A stretch of 64,000 nucleotides of DNA, from positions 1 through 64,000 of the forward strand of contig MCFE01000329.1 of NCBI GenBank assembly GCA_002104905.1. The letters run 5' to 3'. The notes below the pieces were generated by a model. That model was not told the origin of the DNA, ran no database searches, and saw only the letters and a list, made by a program, of their open reading frames with translations. Every line of letters starts with the position of its first letter. Position 1 is the first letter of the stretch. This DNA is from Basidiobolus meristosporus CBS 931.73. Lineage: Eukaryota; Fungi; Basidiobolomycota. This document shows, piece after piece, positions 60,066 to 64,000 of this stretch. The position numbers and the translations under genes are program-made.

Positions 60066-61041
60066 GAAGCAACCTTGGCGACAAATGGAAATAAGATTCA
60101 CAAGATGTATATGTAATAAAGGGATAATCAATCAGGCCCTGCATATTTGGTTAATTTGATAGAGCAAGTCAGCGCTCGTGTCACTGGGACATTCAAGCAC
60201 CATTATCTATCCCCTAAGTTCAAGCTCGAGTTGGTGGGTGGGGGTACAATCGCAACATATCTATGCACCATTAATTACGCCACGGTCGCTGAGAGAGCGC
60301 AAAATCACCCATTCCGGCCATCCTTCATGATGGGATTTTCCTGCATAGCCGCGGCTCCCTCCAACCCAATGTTTCACATCCCGCTCAATGGGAAGAAAGT
60401 AAGCTTATTCCAGGTTAAGCTTCGGCCAGTGTCTCCCGGCCAGATCGATACCGGTTTGCCCACGCATGCAATCATATTGAACATCAAGAAACCAATATCC
60501 GTCGGCGCATCGAGATGTCGTACGTGAATAGTTTGCCCAGGTTGGCGTGAGTGCAGACGACTTGTTCCTGTGCAATGGCAACCAATTTAGATCCTCCGGA
60601 TCTCGGGGCGATGATTGGTCGGGATCAATTGATTTAGTGAATGGCTCCTTGTGACACGCAGCAGCAGACAAGGTTAGTTTTGACCTCCGTCAGGTAAGGT
60701 TTCGTAGGGAATTCGCTACCAAGGCGCGCCCACCAGTTACACCGTCTCAAATGGATTTCCTGAGGCTGTCGATTTGGTTGGTTACTAGTGGAATTGATTC
60801 CCCTCTGACGAACTTGATTCCTAAAGCATCGACTAACACTCCATTGACTTATTTGACCATTTGCCAACCTCTGGTGCATTGATTTGGAAAATCATCTGAT
60901 GGTTTCCATGCTGCCACTTAAACCTGTTCTGGGGTTGGTTGCAGCGATTGAGTTTTCTATGGAACGTATATAACCGGCATAATTGTCTCTGGTGCAGATG
61001 TGCACATCTACCTTTAGTTTCCATCCCCTCCGACCCACACC

Positions 61042-62636
61042 ATGCGAAGACTCCATGTATCGCTGATCATTCTGTTCATAGTCGCTGGCTACTTCTACTT
61101 CAAGTCCCCTTCACATGTGGATGAGGCTGTGTCCCCCCCAGAATCCGACCTTAGCCAGATCCCACTGGGCCCGACAAGTACTGGCTACGACCTGGTGGTG
61201 CTCATCAATTCGGAGACCGCCGACTTCGACAACCGCCAACTCTTGCGCAGGGAGTTGTTCAACCTGCCCAACAACCTGACCCCTTGCCGTCAGCTCAATG
61301 GCCGGATCCATTACAAGTTCTTCATCACCCAGGGCAACGTCAGGAGCGAGCTGCTGCGTCGATTGAGATCGGAGATTATGGAGTATGACGATATCGTTGC
61401 TCTTCCCCGCATGCCTACATGGGAAAAGGAGCTCGCTATGCTCCAATGGGTAAGTTTATCACCAGGTCTCAAGTGAGGCGAGCATCCCATTAACCAAACA
61501 ACGCAATCTAGGTGGACTCCGATCAAGGGCCCGAGGAGTATCGCAATGCAATGTTGCTGGACTCCCATACGTACGTCCGATTCGACCAAATCCTGGCCGA
61601 GCTGGACTACATGGCCAAGGAATCCTCGGAGGCCGAGCGCAACCAGCCTATCCTCTGGGGAAGCCTGGAGGCGGAGAGAAACCAAACCCGCGCGGTCATC
61701 CTGGGGGAGAGTCTGGTCGGAGACCTGTTGAACATCCCCGACCTGCTTCCACCCCGTGGATCCGAAGCCTCCATCCTCTCTCACATCTTGGATAACCGGT
61801 CCGACGACCTTGTCTCGCACATCTCTCTCATCAACGACAACCGCTTTGTGGAATGGCCAAACAACCCCTACACGGTGCCCAAGAACTCTCTGGCCATCTC
61901 CATGGTCTACCAGCCCGACGACTTCGCCCGGATCACCGACTGGTTCAAGCCAGAGCAGCCCCAGCTGTGCTCCATGACGCGGCCGGAGAACAGGATCGGA
62001 GTGATCACCAGTAGCTTCATCTACAAGGACAACTGTATGCTGGACGCCAGCATCCCCAGCACCATGAACAAGAGGAGCTACGCGAAGAAGCACGACTACT
62101 CGTTCATCGCTCGGTCGAGCGAGTTTGCCCAGCAGGTATTCCGCGGGCGTCGTATCGTCTGGGGAAAGATTGACGCGATCGAGAAGACCCTCCCGGAGTA
62201 CGACTGGCTGTTCTGGCTCGACATGGATGCGGTGATCATGAACGAGGAGATCCGCGTGGAGGACATCCTGGAGAAGTTCCGACAGGACCTGGGGGATGAG
62301 GAATTCTCCAAGAAGAGCCTCTTCGTGACCAAGCCGAAGCACGACCCCATGATCAATGCGGGGGTCTTCCTTCTCAAGAACTCCGTGTGGTCGTTCGATT
62401 TCCTTCGCGAGGTGCAGCACAGAAAGGAGAACTACAACAGGATCTTTTACGAGCAGCGGGCGATGTGGGAGGTGGCCCAGGAGCCCAAGTGGGCCGAGGG
62501 CGCCCACATCTTCGGCGACTCGAGCGTGTTCAACACCTTCCCCGAAGATTACGTGCCAGGAAACTTTGTGGTACACTTCGCGCCGGCTGGATGTCCCGCG
62601 GAGCAGGTGTTGGGGGCCCTGAGAACCGGCTTATGA
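61042..62636 (+). CDS. Type II membrane glycosyltransferase: degenerate GT31-like domain plus GT34 (MNN10/GMA12-like) domain (exons 61042-61449 and 61512-62636)
   Basis: N-terminal anchor VSLIILFIVAGYFYF; YAKKHDY, WGKI, YDWLFWLDMDAVIMN and INAGVFLLKNS.WS.DFL. 62-bp intron in frame. Confidence 0.87.
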
Positions 62637-62837
62637 ACTGGATTTCATCAATCTTAAACTTCATCGATTCCCATTGTGTACATATACTACGATCATTCTA
62701 TCTCACTAATTCGGCTCACGGCACCCTGATTCAATGGGCGCGGACTTCCAATTAATTCATTCGAGAACACTCTGTCTGCTTTATTATTTAATGTATCCAA
62801 ATCCATTGCAATTTCATTAAAATCCAATCAAATCGGT

Positions 62838-63410
62838 TCAGTGCTGAAGATTGTAGGCTAACACGCCGAGCATCCCGTACACGACTGGGTTGGAGCTGAG
62901 CTGGCTACCAGCTGCCCTGACAGAGGTTGCCCTGGCGTCCACAGAGGAGGCTACGCTCGATACCGCATGGGAGGCTGAGCTATAGATGCTTTGGACTGCC
63001 GAGGTGGCGGAGGCAATGACGTTCGAGTTGGAAGAGGCCGCGGCCGGATCCAGCGAGGTTGCGGTGGGTGATATGGTGTTCGTGGCGCGGTGCGCCGCGG
63101 TACCGTCTGCTCCTTTGACACCGTCAGTCCCCGGAGAGGACCCATTGCTAGACACGCAACTTCTCAGGCAAGCAGGGAGATTAGGGTTGCTGCCATCGCA
63201 TTGGCCCACGCACTTCTGAACCTCAGCAGCGGAATCCCCAGTGGGGAAGGTGATACCCAAGCATTGAGCCTTGCAGGAGATATCATTCGTGTCACATTTG
63301 CTCACACACCCAGAAACATCACTGGTGGCGGTCTGGGCCAGGCCAAGGCCGATTAAGGAGGAGATAAGTGTGACAGAGGTAAGGAATTTCATGGCTGAAG
63401 TAAAAAGCAT
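62838..63410 (-). CDS. Secreted, probably GPI-anchored Cys-domain / Ser-Ala-rich protein
   Basis: Signal peptide; C-x3-C-x6-C-x3-C motif twice; S/A/T-rich stalk; short hydrophobic C-terminus VVYGMLGVLAY. Confidence 0.7.
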   Translation of the reverse strand: MLFTSAMKFLTSVTLISSLIGLGLAQTATSDVSGCVSKCDTNDISCKAQCLGITFPTGDSAAEVQKCVGQCDGSNPNLPACLRSCVSSNGSSPGTDGVKGADGTAAHRATNTISPTATSLDPAAASSNSNVIASATSAVQSIYSSASHAVSSVASSVDARATSVRAAGSQLSSNPVVYGMLGVLAYNLQH

Positions 63411-63448
63411 GCAGTTGCAGTGAGCTGAGAACGGAACGGAAGCGGCAG

Positions 63449-63456
63449 CCTTTATA
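63449..63456 (-). promoter_or_regulatory. Probable TATA box
   Basis: TATAAAGG on the minus strand about 40 bp upstream of the ATG at 63410. Confidence 0.4.
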
Positions 63457-63559
63457 CACCCAGCTCATGGAGGTGAACCGGCTGCCGACATTAATTATAG
63501 ACCGACCGTTAATTGCTGTCGAGTAGGAAGGAGGTGACTTTGTTGCTATGTACTGTGAA

Positions 63560-63600
63560 CACCAATCACGCACCAATCACGCACCAATCACGCACCAACA
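63560..63600. repeat. Tandem 11-mer (CACCAATCACG) x3.7, CCAAT-box array
   Basis: caccaatcacg caccaatcacg caccaatcacg caccaaca. Confidence 0.8.
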
Positions 63601-64000
63601 ATGTGGTTAAATTTAAGCTCAGTCCTAAGAATACTATGGTCGATGAACTAAGCTAGACAAGGATACCCAAGCAAATGACTCACCCCGCGTCCGGCCAATG
63701 GCTGGTCAGTATGGCTGATGGACTTTGTTATGGTATTGATAAGGTGTTGGGTGTTCTGGAATCCGGGATGAAAACCCATGTATATCAGCAGTGAGCATCT
63801 CCCCTGAAGTGAAAAAAAAACCTCCCCCGCCACATAAATTAGGCCCGACACCAACGCTAATCTACACTTCTCCGCCATAGCCTGGTTCATTGGAAGGTAA
63901 ATATCAAGATTCAGATTCATTGTGTGCTGCGTCTGTGCTCGAATGAGGAAAACCTTTTCTCGGTAGACCTTTTAAGGTTGATGATATACCAAATCTCTAA

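Noticed and set aside
60066-61040. Short ORFs of 60-126 aa between SSB and the glycosyltransferase
   Set aside because: No motifs or consistent splice model were found; treated as intergenic.
61311-62576. 421-aa antisense ORF, and similar ones at 41744-42280, 57119-57838 and 29026-29769
   Set aside because: Shadow frames opposite real genes with biased codon usage; no protein motifs.
56226-62636. Horizontal transfer of the GC-rich genes, including a bacterial SSB
   Set aside because: They have spliceosomal introns and eukaryotic targeting signals; mitochondrial SSBs are bacterial-like by ancestry.
1-64000. CRISPR arrays, rRNA or tRNA genes
   Set aside because: None recognised. The only tRNA-related sequences are retroelement primer-binding sites.

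Overview
Eukaryotic DNA, most likely an early-diverging fungus (Zoopagomycota/Mucoromycota-like; this is an inference from gene content and short GT-AG introns). The window has two sharply different parts. (1) About 1-41.5 kb is a CpG-depleted nest of transposable elements. It holds three LTR families here called Gypsy-A, Copia-B and Copia-C, several inserted into one another with readable target-site duplications (TSDs), plus solo LTRs and relics. It also holds a decayed PIF/Harbinger-type transposase and two copies of a 734-bp foldback element (347-bp arms, 40-bp spacer, 3-bp ANT TSD). A 6.8-kb Gypsy-D element stands out: it keeps its CpGs, has a tRNA-His-like primer site, lacks an adjacent polypurine tract (PPT) and carries an intact ~390-aa ORF of unknown function after integrase. 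(2) About 41.7-64 kb is a gene-dense, CpG-normal host region: SPF30, UNC-93-like transporter, SYS1, mS38/COX24, promethin-like protein, WDR62/MAPKBP1-like protein, STE12, PIH1-family protein, RRB1, a secreted CBM19-like protein, a six-exon mitochondrial SSB, a GT31-like+GT34 glycosyltransferase and a probable GPI-anchored protein. The best candidates for novelty are the foldback family with its possible transposase partner and the Gypsy-D third ORF. All counts and alignments were done by eye; no database searches were run. Family names A-F are labels for this window only.
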